The notes below the pieces were generated by a model that saw nothing but the letters and a program-made list of their open reading frames with translations, did no database searches and was not told the origin of the DNA. Below, piece by piece: positions 21,035 through 33,385 of a stretch of DNA of 64,000 nt. The position numbers were made by a program, and so were the translations under genes. Where the stretch lies: positions 1 to 64,000 of IMG/VR virus record IMGVR_UViG_3300032282_005588; one strand, given 5' to 3'. Each line of letters opens with the position of its first letter. The stretch's first letter is position 1. This DNA comes from a virus.

Positions 21035-22942
21035 ATGGGAATAACATTAAGAAGTGTAAAAGGCACAGCCTTAACCTTTACTGAATTAGATGATAATTTT
21101 TTATATCTATCTCAGTCATATACTACTACTAGTTCATTTAATTCATTTAGTAGTTCATATAACTCAGGGAGTTTTACTGGTTCATTTACTGGTAATCTTT
21201 CAGGAACATCAAGTTGGGCTAGTAATGCTTCTACTGCTTCATACGTTTTAAACGCAGTTTCAAGTTCATTCGCAACAACAGCTTCATTTTCACAAACAGC
21301 ATCCTACGTTTTAAATGCAATATCAAGTTCATTTTCTACAACTGCATCATTTTCACAAACAGCTTCATTTGTTAATAATGCTCAAACAGCATCCTACGTT
21401 TTAAATGCAGTTTCAAGCTCATTTTCTACAACTGCATCATTTTCACAAACGGCTTCATTTGTTAAAAATGCACAAACAGCTTCATATGTTTTAAATGCAA
21501 TATCAAGTTCATTTGCAACAACAGCTTCATTTTCACAAACGGCTTCATTTGTTAAAAATGCACAAACAGCATCATATTTCCCTAAGGTTATAGTAGATAA
21601 CTCAACCCAGAATACATTAATAGCATCTTCTCCCAATAATAATGGTCTTTATAATACATCTTTGGGTGATGGTACTCTATTTTCAAATTCATCTGGGAAT
21701 AGTAATACAGCACTAGGTGGTGGTGTAATGTATAATAATATATCAGGAGATAATAATACAGCCATAGGAGCAGATGCATTATCTAATAATACCACTGGTA
21801 CTGATAATATAGCTGCTGGGATACAATCATTATATTCAAACACTTTAGGAAGTTATAATATAGCTGCTGGGATACAATCATTATATTCAAACACTTTAGG
21901 TAATAATAATACATCTATAGGATATCAAGCAACTCAAGGAAATACAACAGGAAACTATAATGTAGCTATGGGGGATCAAGCATTATATTCTAATCAAACA
22001 GGTAGTTCAAATGTAGCTATAGGTACTAATGCTTTAAGAGCAAATGTACAAAACTTAAATGTAGCTATAGGTACTAATGCTTTATTCCAAAAAACTACAG
22101 GAAATGGAAACACAGCTATTGGTCATTACTCTCTATACCTGTTAAATACAGGTTCAAATAACGTAGCATTAGGATACCAAGCAGGATATAATGAGACTGG
22201 AAATAATAAATTACATATATCTAATACTAATGCATATTCATTAATATATGGTGAATTTAATAACAGATATCTCCAAGTTCAAGGAACATTAGCAGTTTCT
22301 TCCTCAATGTCTGTAACAGGTAGTTTAAATGTTCAATCAGGAATTACTAGTAGTTTATTTGGAACATCAAGTTGGGCTAGTAATGCTTCTACTGCTTCAT
22401 ATGTTTTAAATGCAGTTTCAAGTTCATTTGCAACTAGTGCATCATTTGCTCAAACAGCATCTTTTGTTGCATCTGCATCTTTATCTGCAACTTCATCATA
22501 TTTAAATAAATTAAATCAAAATATAATTAATACTGGTTCTATATTCTCAGGAAATGGTTCAGGAACTGAAATTAGAGTTTGGGGTGAGGAAGGAAGTATA
22601 GAGATATGTAGGGATAGTTCTAAAGGTGGAAATGCATATATTGACTTTAAAAATAACATATCAGATGATTATGATGTTAGAATAGGCCAAGTAGGCAACA
22701 CAGATGCATTCGGAGTAGCATGTGGATATCCCAATGAGTATAATTTTCAGATAACAAATACAAGTACTAATATAACTGGTAGTTTAAATGTAACTGGTAG
22801 TTTAAATATTAATAATATACTAACACTAACACGAAGAACCACCACCCCAACTCCTATAGAAGGAATGATAATAGCTTCAGGATCAGCAGGAGCTAGTGTT
22901 CTATACTACTACAATGGAACAACTTGGAATGCATTATTTTAA
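21035..22942 (+). CDS. tail/head fibre-like protein with Ser/Thr repeats and NxAxG beta-helix repeats
   Basis: N-terminal ITLRSVKG.LT..ELDDNF; TASF/TASY repeats; 14-residue NTAIG..AL repeats; C-terminal YYYNGTTW. Confidence 0.7.
   Translation: MGITLRSVKGTALTFTELDDNFLYLSQSYTTTSSFNSFSSSYNSGSFTGSFTGNLSGTSSWASNASTASYVLNAVSSSFATTASFSQTASYVLNAISSSFSTTASFSQTASFVNNAQTASYVLNAVSSSFSTTASFSQTASFVKNAQTASYVLNAISSSFATTASFSQTASFVKNAQTASYFPKVIVDNSTQNTLIASSPNNNGLYNTSLGDGTLFSNSSGNSNTALGGGVMYNNISGDNNTAIGADALSNNTTGTDNIAAGIQSLYSNTLGSYNIAAGIQSLYSNTLGNNNTSIGYQATQGNTTGNYNVAMGDQALYSNQTGSSNVAIGTNALRANVQNLNVAIGTNALFQKTTGNGNTAIGHYSLYLLNTGSNNVALGYQAGYNETGNNKLHISNTNAYSLIYGEFNNRYLQVQGTLAVSSSMSVTGSLNVQSGITSSLFGTSSWASNASTASYVLNAVSSSFATSASFAQTASFVASASLSATSSYLNKLNQNIINTGSIFSGNGSGTEIRVWGEEGSIEICRDSSKGGNAYIDFKNNISDDYDVRIGQVGNTDAFGVACGYPNEYNFQITNTSTNITGSLNVTGSLNINNILTLTRRTTTPTPIEGMIIASGSAGASVLYYYNGTTWNALF
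21203..22434 (+). repeat. 74-bp direct repeat (21203-21276 and 22361-22434) plus internal tandem repeats (~21240-21575; 42-bp-period duplication ~21804-21900)
   Basis: Copies differ by 3 synonymous C/T changes; spacing of 1158 bp is in frame. Confidence 0.9.
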
Positions 22943-22965
22943 TCAATAATATAAAAATTTTGGCT

Positions 22966-23040
22966 TAGGACCAATATAGTTACATAGTAACTAAAATTCC
23001 GAGTAAAGTGTCGCTACATTACTCGGAATTCCTTTTCCTA
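22966..23040 (+). other. intergenic multi-stem element (possible terminator or structured RNA)
   Basis: TAGTTAC/GTAACTA (22977-22993); perfect 12-bp AATTCCGAGTAA/TTACTCGGAATT (22995-23030); closing TAGGA/TCCTA. Confidence 0.55.
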
Positions 23041-23082
23041 TTATATTTGGTAATCTCAAACTTTATTAGTATATTATAATAT

Positions 23083-25827
23083 ATGTATCAATCAATATTT
23101 TATTCAAATCATGGTGAAGATAAAGGAACAGTTTATTTAAGAGATGATATAAAGGGATTTAGAGAATTCAAATATTATCCTACTGTATATAAATTAGATC
23201 CTGATGGTGAATATGAAACACTATTTGGTGATATGTGTAGTCCTGTTCGAGGAAGATTTGATTGGAATGATCCTACTATATTAGAAAAAGACATTCAAAA
23301 AGATATTGCATGTTTAAGAGACTTATATTATAAAGATGATTCTGCTCCTTCATATCACAATATAATTTATTTAGATATTGAGATAGAAATATTAGGTACT
23401 CTAACACCCCAATCAGTAAGAGAGGCAAAAGCAGAAGTAACTGCAATTGCCTTAATTGATGTTAATACTAAAACTAAATATTGTTATGTTTTAGATAAAT
23501 CAAAAACTATAAAATCAATTAATCAGGATAATAAACAAATTGTACCTTGTGTTGATGAAAAAGAATTATTAAATAAATTTTTAGATAAATGGATTGAATT
23601 AGACCCAACCATAGTAGTTGGTTATAATAGTGATTTTTTTGATATACCTTACTTATATTTTAGAATAAAGAATATATTAGGAGAAAATACAGCTTTATTA
23701 TTATCCCCTATTAAAAAAATAAATGATAATTTATATAATCCATATTCACCAATTCAAATTGGAGGAATAAATAGTTTAGATTATATGTTGTTAGTTAAAA
23801 AATATATAGCTAAAGAAGAACCATCATATAAATTAGGAGACATAGGACAAAAATATGTTGATTTAGGAAAGATAGAATATCAAGGATCTTTAGATAGATT
23901 ATTTAAAGAAGATCCAAATAAATTTATTGAATATAACTTACGAGACGTTGAAATAATAGAAAAATTAGAAGAAAAACTCCAATTTATTAAACTAACCATA
24001 TTAATATGTCATTTATGTCATGTTCCATATGAAAGTATTTATTATAATACTATATTAAATGAAGGTGCAATATTAACGTATCTAAAAAGGAAAAACATTG
24101 TATCACCTAATAAACCAACCACTACCAATAAATCAATTAAAGAATTATATGTTGGGGATGAAGTTATTCATCAAAGAGGAACACCAACAGTAGAAGGTAC
24201 TATAGTTTATATAGATGAAGTAACAGGTAAAATACAAGTTAAAACTAAATCAGGTTCTATAAAAGATAGAAGTCCAAAAACAATAAGAAAGAAAGAAAGC
24301 TATGCTGGGGGATATTTATTACCCCCCATTCCTGGCTTATATGAATATGTAAGTGATTCTGACTTTACTAGTCTATACCCAAGTATAATAAAATCATTAA
24401 ATTTAGGTATTGAAACATTAATAGGAAGAATAGTTACAAAATCTAATTATGAACAATATAATAGTTTAGAAAAACTAAAAGAAAGAAATCAAGAAGAAAT
24501 TATTCAAATAGAAAAATTAGATACTAAAACATATATTTTAAAACAAGGTAAATGTAAAATAAAAAACCTAATTAAACTAATTGAAACAAACAAATGGTCA
24601 ATATCAGCAAGCGGAGCATTTTATAGAAACGATAAAAAAAGCATTACTTGTTTAGTCCTAGAAGATTGGTTTATACAAAGAGAACATTATAGAGACTTAA
24701 AAAAGAAAGCAGGTAAATCTAAAGATTGGGATAAATACTCATTATATGATTTGTATCAAATGGCCTTCAAAATATTACAGAACGCATTATACGGTACATA
24801 TGCTATAAATGGTTGGAGATATACTGATGGTCATAAAATATGTTCTTCATCTATCACTAATTCAGGTCAAAGATTAGTAAAAGAGAGTATTATCTATATA
24901 AATGAGGATTTAGAAAAAACTATTAATAGTGGTAGAAAAGAATTCGTAATAAGTTCAGATACTGATTCTGCTTATATTGAGTTAAAAGATTTATTAAATA
25001 TAAAATATCCTGATGTTATCAATGAAGAAGAAAAGATAGAAAAATTAATAGAATTATCACAAGAACTCCAAGTAAAAACAAATAAGAACTTATTTAAAAT
25101 AAGTAAAGATTTATTTAATATTACTAATAAACATTATTTTGAACTCAAACAGGAAGTAATAGTTAAAAGAGCATACTGGTCAGGTAAAAGGAGATATGCA
25201 ATGTGGGTAGTAAATAAAGAAGGAGTACCAATTCCCCCAGACCATAAAGATGCACTAGATATGAAAGGATTAGATATCATGAAATCAAACTTCCCACCCT
25301 ATTTCAGAAAATTTGGGGAGGAATTAATTAAGAAAATATTATTTGATACTCCTAAATTAGAAGTAGATAAATATATATTAGATTTTAAAAAATCACTAAA
25401 TGATATAAGCTGGAAATATCTACTTAAACCAACAGGTCTTAAGAAGATAAAAGAGTACATATCATCACCACCCCAACCAGGAAATATATTCTCTAAATTA
25501 GCATTAAAATGCCCAATTAACACCAAAGCAGCAATATATTCATCCGATTTTATTAAGTTTAAAGGATTAGATAAACAATTTCCTCTTCCCCAAATAGGAG
25601 ATAAAATATATATAGTATATCTAAAAAAGAACCCATATAATATAGATGTCATAGCTCTAAATGGATATAATGATCCACCAGAATTATTAGAAATATCCGA
25701 AAAATATATTGATAGAGATAAAATATTTGATAGTGTTCTTAAGAATAAATTAGAAGGTATATATGAAGATTTAAATTGGGGGATTTTAGTATTGAATAAT
25801 AACATTAACAAATTTTTTAATTTCTGA
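23083..25827 (+). CDS. family B DNA polymerase (T4 gp43-like)
   Basis: Exo DIE, GYNSDFFD, YNLRD; polymerase YAGGY, DFTSLYPS, KILQNALYG, DTDS, KRRY, KGLD. Confidence 0.95.
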   Translation: MYQSIFYSNHGEDKGTVYLRDDIKGFREFKYYPTVYKLDPDGEYETLFGDMCSPVRGRFDWNDPTILEKDIQKDIACLRDLYYKDDSAPSYHNIIYLDIEIEILGTLTPQSVREAKAEVTAIALIDVNTKTKYCYVLDKSKTIKSINQDNKQIVPCVDEKELLNKFLDKWIELDPTIVVGYNSDFFDIPYLYFRIKNILGENTALLLSPIKKINDNLYNPYSPIQIGGINSLDYMLLVKKYIAKEEPSYKLGDIGQKYVDLGKIEYQGSLDRLFKEDPNKFIEYNLRDVEIIEKLEEKLQFIKLTILICHLCHVPYESIYYNTILNEGAILTYLKRKNIVSPNKPTTTNKSIKELYVGDEVIHQRGTPTVEGTIVYIDEVTGKIQVKTKSGSIKDRSPKTIRKKESYAGGYLLPPIPGLYEYVSDSDFTSLYPSIIKSLNLGIETLIGRIVTKSNYEQYNSLEKLKERNQEEIIQIEKLDTKTYILKQGKCKIKNLIKLIETNKWSISASGAFYRNDKKSITCLVLEDWFIQREHYRDLKKKAGKSKDWDKYSLYDLYQMAFKILQNALYGTYAINGWRYTDGHKICSSSITNSGQRLVKESIIYINEDLEKTINSGRKEFVISSDTDSAYIELKDLLNIKYPDVINEEEKIEKLIELSQELQVKTNKNLFKISKDLFNITNKHYFELKQEVIVKRAYWSGKRRYAMWVVNKEGVPIPPDHKDALDMKGLDIMKSNFPPYFRKFGEELIKKILFDTPKLEVDKYILDFKKSLNDISWKYLLKPTGLKKIKEYISSPPQPGNIFSKLALKCPINTKAAIYSSDFIKFKGLDKQFPLPQIGDKIYIVYLKKNPYNIDVIALNGYNDPPELLEISEKYIDRDKIFDSVLKNKLEGIYEDLNWGILVLNNNINKFFNF

Positions 25828-25905
25828 TAAAACTAACTTATAAATAACGAATATTAATTTAAGCTTGGATATATAAATAAAAACCCATACATTTTAAATA
25901 TAATA

Positions 25906-26646
25906 ATGAAAATACCAAAAAACATACTACAATCAATTATTTCAAAATATTATTTAGGCGGACTTATAGAGTCTGTAAAATGGTCAATAAATCAAGATAA
26001 ACAATTGATTATCAATTTTATTTCACCTAGTGGGGAGATGATTGGTAATGTAACATGTAATGATTTTGATATAGAATCTACAGATATTGGGATTAGTAAT
26101 ACTTCCCAATTAATAAAATTACTACAAGTAACAAATGAAGAATTAGAATTAAATTTTGTTAAACAAAATAAAATTTATACTAAATTAAATATATCTGATA
26201 AGCAATTTAATGTTAGTTATACATTAGCAGATTTAATGATAATACCAAAACCAGCTACTATTGGTGATGTTGATTTTATTATTGAATTTCCATTAATAGT
26301 AAATGATATCAATGCTTTAATAAAAGCTAAAAACGCATTACCTGATAGTGAAACAGTAGTTATATCTCATGACATTTTGAATGGAAATAAAATTAAATTA
26401 GAATTTGGAGGAGATATTGAGTACGCTAATAAGATATTATATAATATTGATATGTCTGATGATAATTTAAATATGGATTTTGATATTAATTCATTATATA
26501 ATTCAAATATAATAAAAGAAATATTATCTAATAATAAAGACACAGATTATGCTACTATGGCTTTAAATCCTGAAGGTATAATGAGATTATCATTTCATAA
26601 AGAAAACATAACATCAATTTATTTTCTTGTGGCTAAGGAAAAATAA
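25906..26646 (+). CDS. sliding clamp (gp45-like)
   Basis: 246 aa beta-rich ORF between PolB and the clamp loader; C-terminal YFLV. Confidence 0.65.
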   Translation: MKIPKNILQSIISKYYLGGLIESVKWSINQDKQLIINFISPSGEMIGNVTCNDFDIESTDIGISNTSQLIKLLQVTNEELELNFVKQNKIYTKLNISDKQFNVSYTLADLMIIPKPATIGDVDFIIEFPLIVNDINALIKAKNALPDSETVVISHDILNGNKIKLEFGGDIEYANKILYNIDMSDDNLNMDFDINSLYNSNIIKEILSNNKDTDYATMALNPEGIMRLSFHKENITSIYFLVAKEK

Positions 26647-26687
26647 TTATGTATATTTATAAATAAAGTTTTAATAAATAAAAGTAT

Positions 26688-28627
<1,940 letters not shown>

Positions 28628-28628
28628 T

Positions 28629-28862
28629 ATGAATATTATAGAAACATTAATAGCTACTAGAATAAAGGGTGATACTTGGAAATTATTAGAAGATGATTCA
28701 ATTCACCCAAATCTAACAGAAACACTGGAAGCATATTTCCAATTAATACAAAAACCAGTCGAATTTAAATTAACTCCCTTTAAGGGAGAATTATATGTTA
28801 TATCAACAGAAAATGAAGAAATTATACCTCCTAAAAAGTATAATATATATGGAGATTTTTAA
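28629..28862 (+). CDS. hypothetical protein
   Basis: 77 aa ORF, operonic. Confidence 0.6.
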   Translation: MNIIETLIATRIKGDTWKLLEDDSIHPNLTETLEAYFQLIQKPVEFKLTPFKGELYVISTENEEIIPPKKYNIYGDF

Positions 28863-28880
28863 ATAAAACAAAAATAAGTT

Positions 28881-29798
28881 ATGAAAAGAGAACACACAAT
28901 TTGGAATGAATTATACAGACCAAATTCAGTAGAAAGTTATATATGTAATGATGATTTAAAATCACAATTAGAATCTTATATATCTAATCAAGATATCCCA
29001 CATTTGATGTTAGTAGGAAAACCAGGCTCTGGGAAAACTACATTAGGTAAACTTTTAGTAAAAAATATAGATTGTGATTGTTTATATATAAATGCTGCTG
29101 ATGAGAGAAGTATAGATGTAATGAGAGATAAAGTTGGAGCGTTTGCCTCATCAAATACATTCAAATCTCTTAAAATTGTTATATTAGATGAAGCATCAAA
29201 TTTATTACAAGCATCCCAAGTACTTCTTCTTAATATGATTGAAACATATAGTTTAAAAACTAGATTTATTTTAACAGGAAATTATATAGAAAGATTTATT
29301 GATCCTTTAAGAAGTAGATGTACTGAATTAGATTTATCTCCACCACCTAAAAAAATTATAGCTAAACATCTAGCAAATATATTAGATAAGGAATCTATAA
29401 AATATGAATTGGAAGATATTGTTAAAGTAATTAATAAATTTTATCCTGATTTTAGGAAAATAATTAATTATTCACAAAAATTTAGTCTAAACGGTACTCT
29501 AGAATTAGATAATAAAGCTGAGTTAAGTGAAGATTATAATAAAGATATACTAAAAGAATTATCTAAACCTAAACCAAACTTCACAACTATCAGACAAATA
29601 ATTAGTGACTCAGGATATTCAGAATTTGATGATTTATATAGATTTTTATATGATAATTCATCTACATTTATCCCAGGAAAAGAGGGACAATTATCATATA
29701 TAATTAATGAACATATATATCAATCTAATTTTAGACTTGATAAGGAAATTAATATAGCTTCTTGTATAGCAAAAATCATTGAATTAAAACTAAATTAA
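28881..29798 (+). CDS. clamp loader AAA+ subunit (gp44/RFC-like)
   Basis: WNELYRP, GKPGSGKTT, INAADE, ILDEA, LRSRC. Confidence 0.9.
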   Translation: MKREHTIWNELYRPNSVESYICNDDLKSQLESYISNQDIPHLMLVGKPGSGKTTLGKLLVKNIDCDCLYINAADERSIDVMRDKVGAFASSNTFKSLKIVILDEASNLLQASQVLLLNMIETYSLKTRFILTGNYIERFIDPLRSRCTELDLSPPPKKIIAKHLANILDKESIKYELEDIVKVINKFYPDFRKIINYSQKFSLNGTLELDNKAELSEDYNKDILKELSKPKPNFTTIRQIISDSGYSEFDDLYRFLYDNSSTFIPGKEGQLSYIINEHIYQSNFRLDKEINIASCIAKIIELKLN

Positions 29799-29819
29799 TA
29801 AAAATTATAACAACATAAA

Positions 29820-30068
29820 ATGCAACAACCACAAATCGATTTAGCATCAACCACCCCTCTATTATCTCCTAATGGTAATAGAGTATTTGCCCAAGGATTT
29901 ATTTTACAAAAATTATCTAAATTTATAGCAGGAACCCCAGAAGACGCTATCATACCAGTACCAGTCTTCTATGATATTGAAACCAATAAGGTATTAATTG
30001 AAATGTTACCTAAAGAATTTAGACAAGAATTCCAAGATAAATACGATGAACAAGACCCAAGTAAATAA
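29820..30068 (+). CDS. hypothetical protein
   Basis: 82 aa ORF, operonic. Confidence 0.6.
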   Translation: MQQPQIDLASTTPLLSPNGNRVFAQGFILQKLSKFIAGTPEDAIIPVPVFYDIETNKVLIEMLPKEFRQEFQDKYDEQDPSK

Positions 30069-30417
30069 ATCTAAAGATATATTTTCATGGTTAAAAGAAA
30101 TAACATATATTAAATCACCATGGAAATCCTTTAATGAATATGATAAAAAAACATTTGAGGTTTATATGATTCATAGATTAATATCAATGTATGAACCATA
30201 TTTAACTATAGCTAATACTGCTCAATTATTCCCATACTCAGATAAAGAAAAAATATATAATTTTTATTGTGAAATGTTACCTAAAAAATATATATTTGCT
30301 CCATATATTAAAGGTAAAAAAGAAAAAAAATACACAGAAGAAGTATTAAAAGAAATATCTCAATTATATCAATGTTCAATAAGAGAAGCTAAAGAATATA
30401 TAGAATTAATAAAATGA
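30046..30417 (+). CDS. clamp loader small subunit (gp62-like)
   Basis: YMIHRLISM, Y.CSIREAKEY; ATG at 30046 preferred. Confidence 0.6.
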   Translation: MNKTQVNKSKDIFSWLKEITYIKSPWKSFNEYDKKTFEVYMIHRLISMYEPYLTIANTAQLFPYSDKEKIYNFYCEMLPKKYIFAPYIKGKKEKKYTEEVLKEISQLYQCSIREAKEYIELIK

Positions 30418-30755
30418 AAAATATAGACAAATTAAAAGAAGAATTCCCAACAATATCTGGGGGTTATAAAAATATTATAGGTGAACAATATGAATTATTT
30501 GCATCTAAACATCTCTCGTATGGTATGGATAATATTAGTATGGGAACCCAACTAAAAACCCCAGAAGAAAAAAAATTAGCACTAACAGCTGTTTGGATAA
30601 GGATGAATGATAAAATGAATAGATTGAAAAATCTGGTTCTCTTAAATAAGGAAAACACAATCCAAGATGAATCAATTGAAGATACTTTTAAGGATTTATC
30701 CAATTATGCCATTATAGCTCAATTAGTTATTAAAGACCAATGGGTTAAAGAATAA
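30414..30755 (+). CDS. nucleotide-modification-associated domain protein (DUF1599-like)
   Basis: K..SYG, RMNDKMNRL, ESIEDTFKDLSNYAII. Confidence 0.75.
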   Translation: MKNIDKLKEEFPTISGGYKNIIGEQYELFASKHLSYGMDNISMGTQLKTPEEKKLALTAVWIRMNDKMNRLKNLVLLNKENTIQDESIEDTFKDLSNYAIIAQLVIKDQWVKE

Positions 30756-31702
30756 TGTCTAAAAAAATCCCCCAAATAGTAAAAAATATACAAAATACTA
30801 TATTCAATGAAATTGATTATAGATATCAAAAAAATATATCATATAGTCAATTAGCTATGTTTACTAATTGTCCCCATAAATGGTCACTACAATATAGAGA
30901 TGGAAATTATATATATGAACAAACAATCCATACAATATTCGGGACAGCTATGCATAACACTATCCAAAATTATTTAACTCAAGCTTATAATATAAGTGGT
31001 GCTGAAGCTAATAGGATTGATTTAAATGAATATTTTGAATCAGAACTTAGTAAAATATATAAGGAAAGTTATGCTAGTAATAACAAAACCCATTTTACTA
31101 ATCCTGCTGAATTAAGAGAATTTTATGATGATGGTGTTGAGATATTAGATTTTCTTAAAAAAAGAAAAAATGAATATTTTAATAAAAACGGGTGGTATTT
31201 AGTAGGATGTGAAATCCCAATCCAATTAGTACCAAATTCAGAATATAAAAATACAATATATAAAGGATTTTTAGATATGGTATTATATCATGAACCTACT
31301 AATAAATTTAAAATATATGACTTTAAAACGAGTAGATCGGGTTGGAATGATTTAACTAAAAAGGATGAATTAAAACAATTCCAATTAATATTATATAAAC
31401 ATTTCTTCAGTGTTTTACATAAAATACCCATTGATAATATAGATGTTGAATTTATTATTTTAAAAAGAAAATTATGGGAAAAAAGTGAATTCGTACAAAA
31501 ACGAATACAAACATTTTCTCCCCCAAGTGGAAAAATTAAATCCAAAAAAGCACTACAATTATTAGATAATTTTATAACATCTTGTTTTAATATTGATGGT
31601 TCATATAAAACAGATATTTTTAACCCAACACCTGATAAAACCAACTGTTCATATTGTCCATGGAAATCTAAAAAAGATTTTTGCTCTGAAGGTATATCTT
31701 AA
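30755..31702 (+). CDS. PD-(D/E)xK (Cas4/RecB-like) exonuclease
   Basis: SYSQL...CP, FGTAMH, GFLD, IYDFKT, QLILY, CSYCPW...C. Confidence 0.85.
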   Translation: MSKKIPQIVKNIQNTIFNEIDYRYQKNISYSQLAMFTNCPHKWSLQYRDGNYIYEQTIHTIFGTAMHNTIQNYLTQAYNISGAEANRIDLNEYFESELSKIYKESYASNNKTHFTNPAELREFYDDGVEILDFLKKRKNEYFNKNGWYLVGCEIPIQLVPNSEYKNTIYKGFLDMVLYHEPTNKFKIYDFKTSRSGWNDLTKKDELKQFQLILYKHFFSVLHKIPIDNIDVEFIILKRKLWEKSEFVQKRIQTFSPPSGKIKSKKALQLLDNFITSCFNIDGSYKTDIFNPTPDKTNCSYCPWKSKKDFCSEGIS

Positions 31703-31747
31703 ATATATATCAATATATTTATATATGTATATATTAATATAAATAAA

Positions 31748-31930
31748 ATGGTAGCAACAAATAAAGACAGAATAACAACATCTGTTAGAATAGATCCTTT
31801 GTTATTTGAGGAATTTAAAATAACATCTATTAAATATAAATTCTCTTTTCAAAAATTATCTGATAGAGTATTACATTTATATAACACAGATCCTGAATTT
31901 CGTAAACTTATCCACAACACAAAAATTTAA
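31748..31930 (+). CDS. small ribbon-helix-helix-like protein
   Basis: TTSVRID..LFEEFK pattern. Confidence 0.5.
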   Translation: MVATNKDRITTSVRIDPLLFEEFKITSIKYKFSFQKLSDRVLHLYNTDPEFRKLIHNTKI

Positions 31931-31938
31931 ATAAAAAA

Positions 31939-33378
31939 ATGTATAAAGAAGGTTATATACCAAAAGAACAACGAAAACGTATTCTCTTAATCACAGATGA
32001 TATAAGAGTTCATTCTGGGGTAGGTTCAATAGGAAGAGAAATAGTTCTCCATACATCCCATAGATATAATTGGGTTTGTATAGGAGGAGCAATCCAACAT
32101 CCAGATATAGGTAAACGATTTGATTTATCTGATGAAACTAATAAAATGGTAGGGATTGATGATTCTAATATTATTTTATACCCAACAAATGGTTATGGGG
32201 ATCCTGATTTGATTAGATATATGATTAAGAATGAAAAAATTGATGCTATATTTTTAATTACGGACCCAAGATATTTTACTTGGTTATTCCAAATGGAAAA
32301 TGAAATTAGAAAGAAAGTACCAATAACTTATCTTAATATTTGGGACTCAGTACCAGCCCCAATGTATAATAAAGAATTTTATGAATCATGTGATTCTTTA
32401 TTAGGTATATCTAAACAAACAGTTAATATTAATAAAATAGTTTTAGGAGATAAATCCCAACAAAAAATAATAAGTTATGTTCCTCATGGTTTAAATCATA
32501 ATTTTTTCTTCCCAATAGATGAAAATCATAAAGATTGGGATAAATTTAAAGAATTTAAGAAAACATTATTTGGAGAAAAAGAATACAAATACACAGCTAT
32601 ATTTAATTCTCGTAATATTAGAAGAAAACAAGTATCAGATGTTATATTAGCTTGGAGAATGTTTTGTGATAAAATTGGGGAAGAACAAGCCAAAGATTGT
32701 GCTTTAATACTTCATACACAACCCCAAGATGAAAATGGTACAGATTTACAAGCATTAATAGAATACTTATGTCCCGATTATTGTAATGTACTTATATCAC
32801 ATAATAAATTAGCTACTGAACATATGAATTATTTATATAATTGTGCTGATATAGGAATATTATTATCATCAAATGAGGGTTGGGGATTAATGTTAACTGA
32901 ATGTTTATTAACAGGAACACCATTCATAGCTAATGTTACTGGAGGGATGCAAGATCAAATGAGATTTGAAGATGAAGATGAAGAATGGATTGATTTTAAT
33001 GAAGATTTTCCATCAAACCATAAAGGTACCTATACAAAGTGTGGTGATTGGGCATTTCCAGTATTTCCTAAAGTAAATACTTTAGTAGGTTCTATTCCAA
33101 CTCCATATATATTTGATGATATTTGCAATACTGGTGATGTGGTAGATAGATTAATACAAACATATTATATAGGTAAAGAAAAATTATCTAATAAAGGTTT
33201 AAAAGGAAGAAAATGGGCAACATCATCAGAAGCTGGATTTACAATGGAATATCAAGCTGATAGAATTATTGAAAATATGGATAAATTATTTGAAACATGG
33301 ACTCCTAGGGAGAAATATGAATTATTAGCAGATACAGATTATCAACCTAGGGTTTTAAAACATAAACTTACTTATTAA
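31939..33378 (+). CDS. GT-B (GT4-like) glycosyltransferase
   Basis: PHG, RNIRRK, SSNEGWGL..TE. Confidence 0.85.
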   Translation: MYKEGYIPKEQRKRILLITDDIRVHSGVGSIGREIVLHTSHRYNWVCIGGAIQHPDIGKRFDLSDETNKMVGIDDSNIILYPTNGYGDPDLIRYMIKNEKIDAIFLITDPRYFTWLFQMENEIRKKVPITYLNIWDSVPAPMYNKEFYESCDSLLGISKQTVNINKIVLGDKSQQKIISYVPHGLNHNFFFPIDENHKDWDKFKEFKKTLFGEKEYKYTAIFNSRNIRRKQVSDVILAWRMFCDKIGEEQAKDCALILHTQPQDENGTDLQALIEYLCPDYCNVLISHNKLATEHMNYLYNCADIGILLSSNEGWGLMLTECLLTGTPFIANVTGGMQDQMRFEDEDEEWIDFNEDFPSNHKGTYTKCGDWAFPVFPKVNTLVGSIPTPYIFDDICNTGDVVDRLIQTYYIGKEKLSNKGLKGRKWATSSEAGFTMEYQADRIIENMDKLFETWTPREKYELLADTDYQPRVLKHKLTY

Positions 33379-33385
33379 TAAAAAT

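Noticed and set aside
21203-22434. Diversity-generating retroelement TR/VR pair
   Set aside because: Differences are synonymous C/T, not adenine-specific; no reverse transcriptase in the window
24110-24300. Intein in PolB
   Set aside because: Too short and lacks C/S...HN termini
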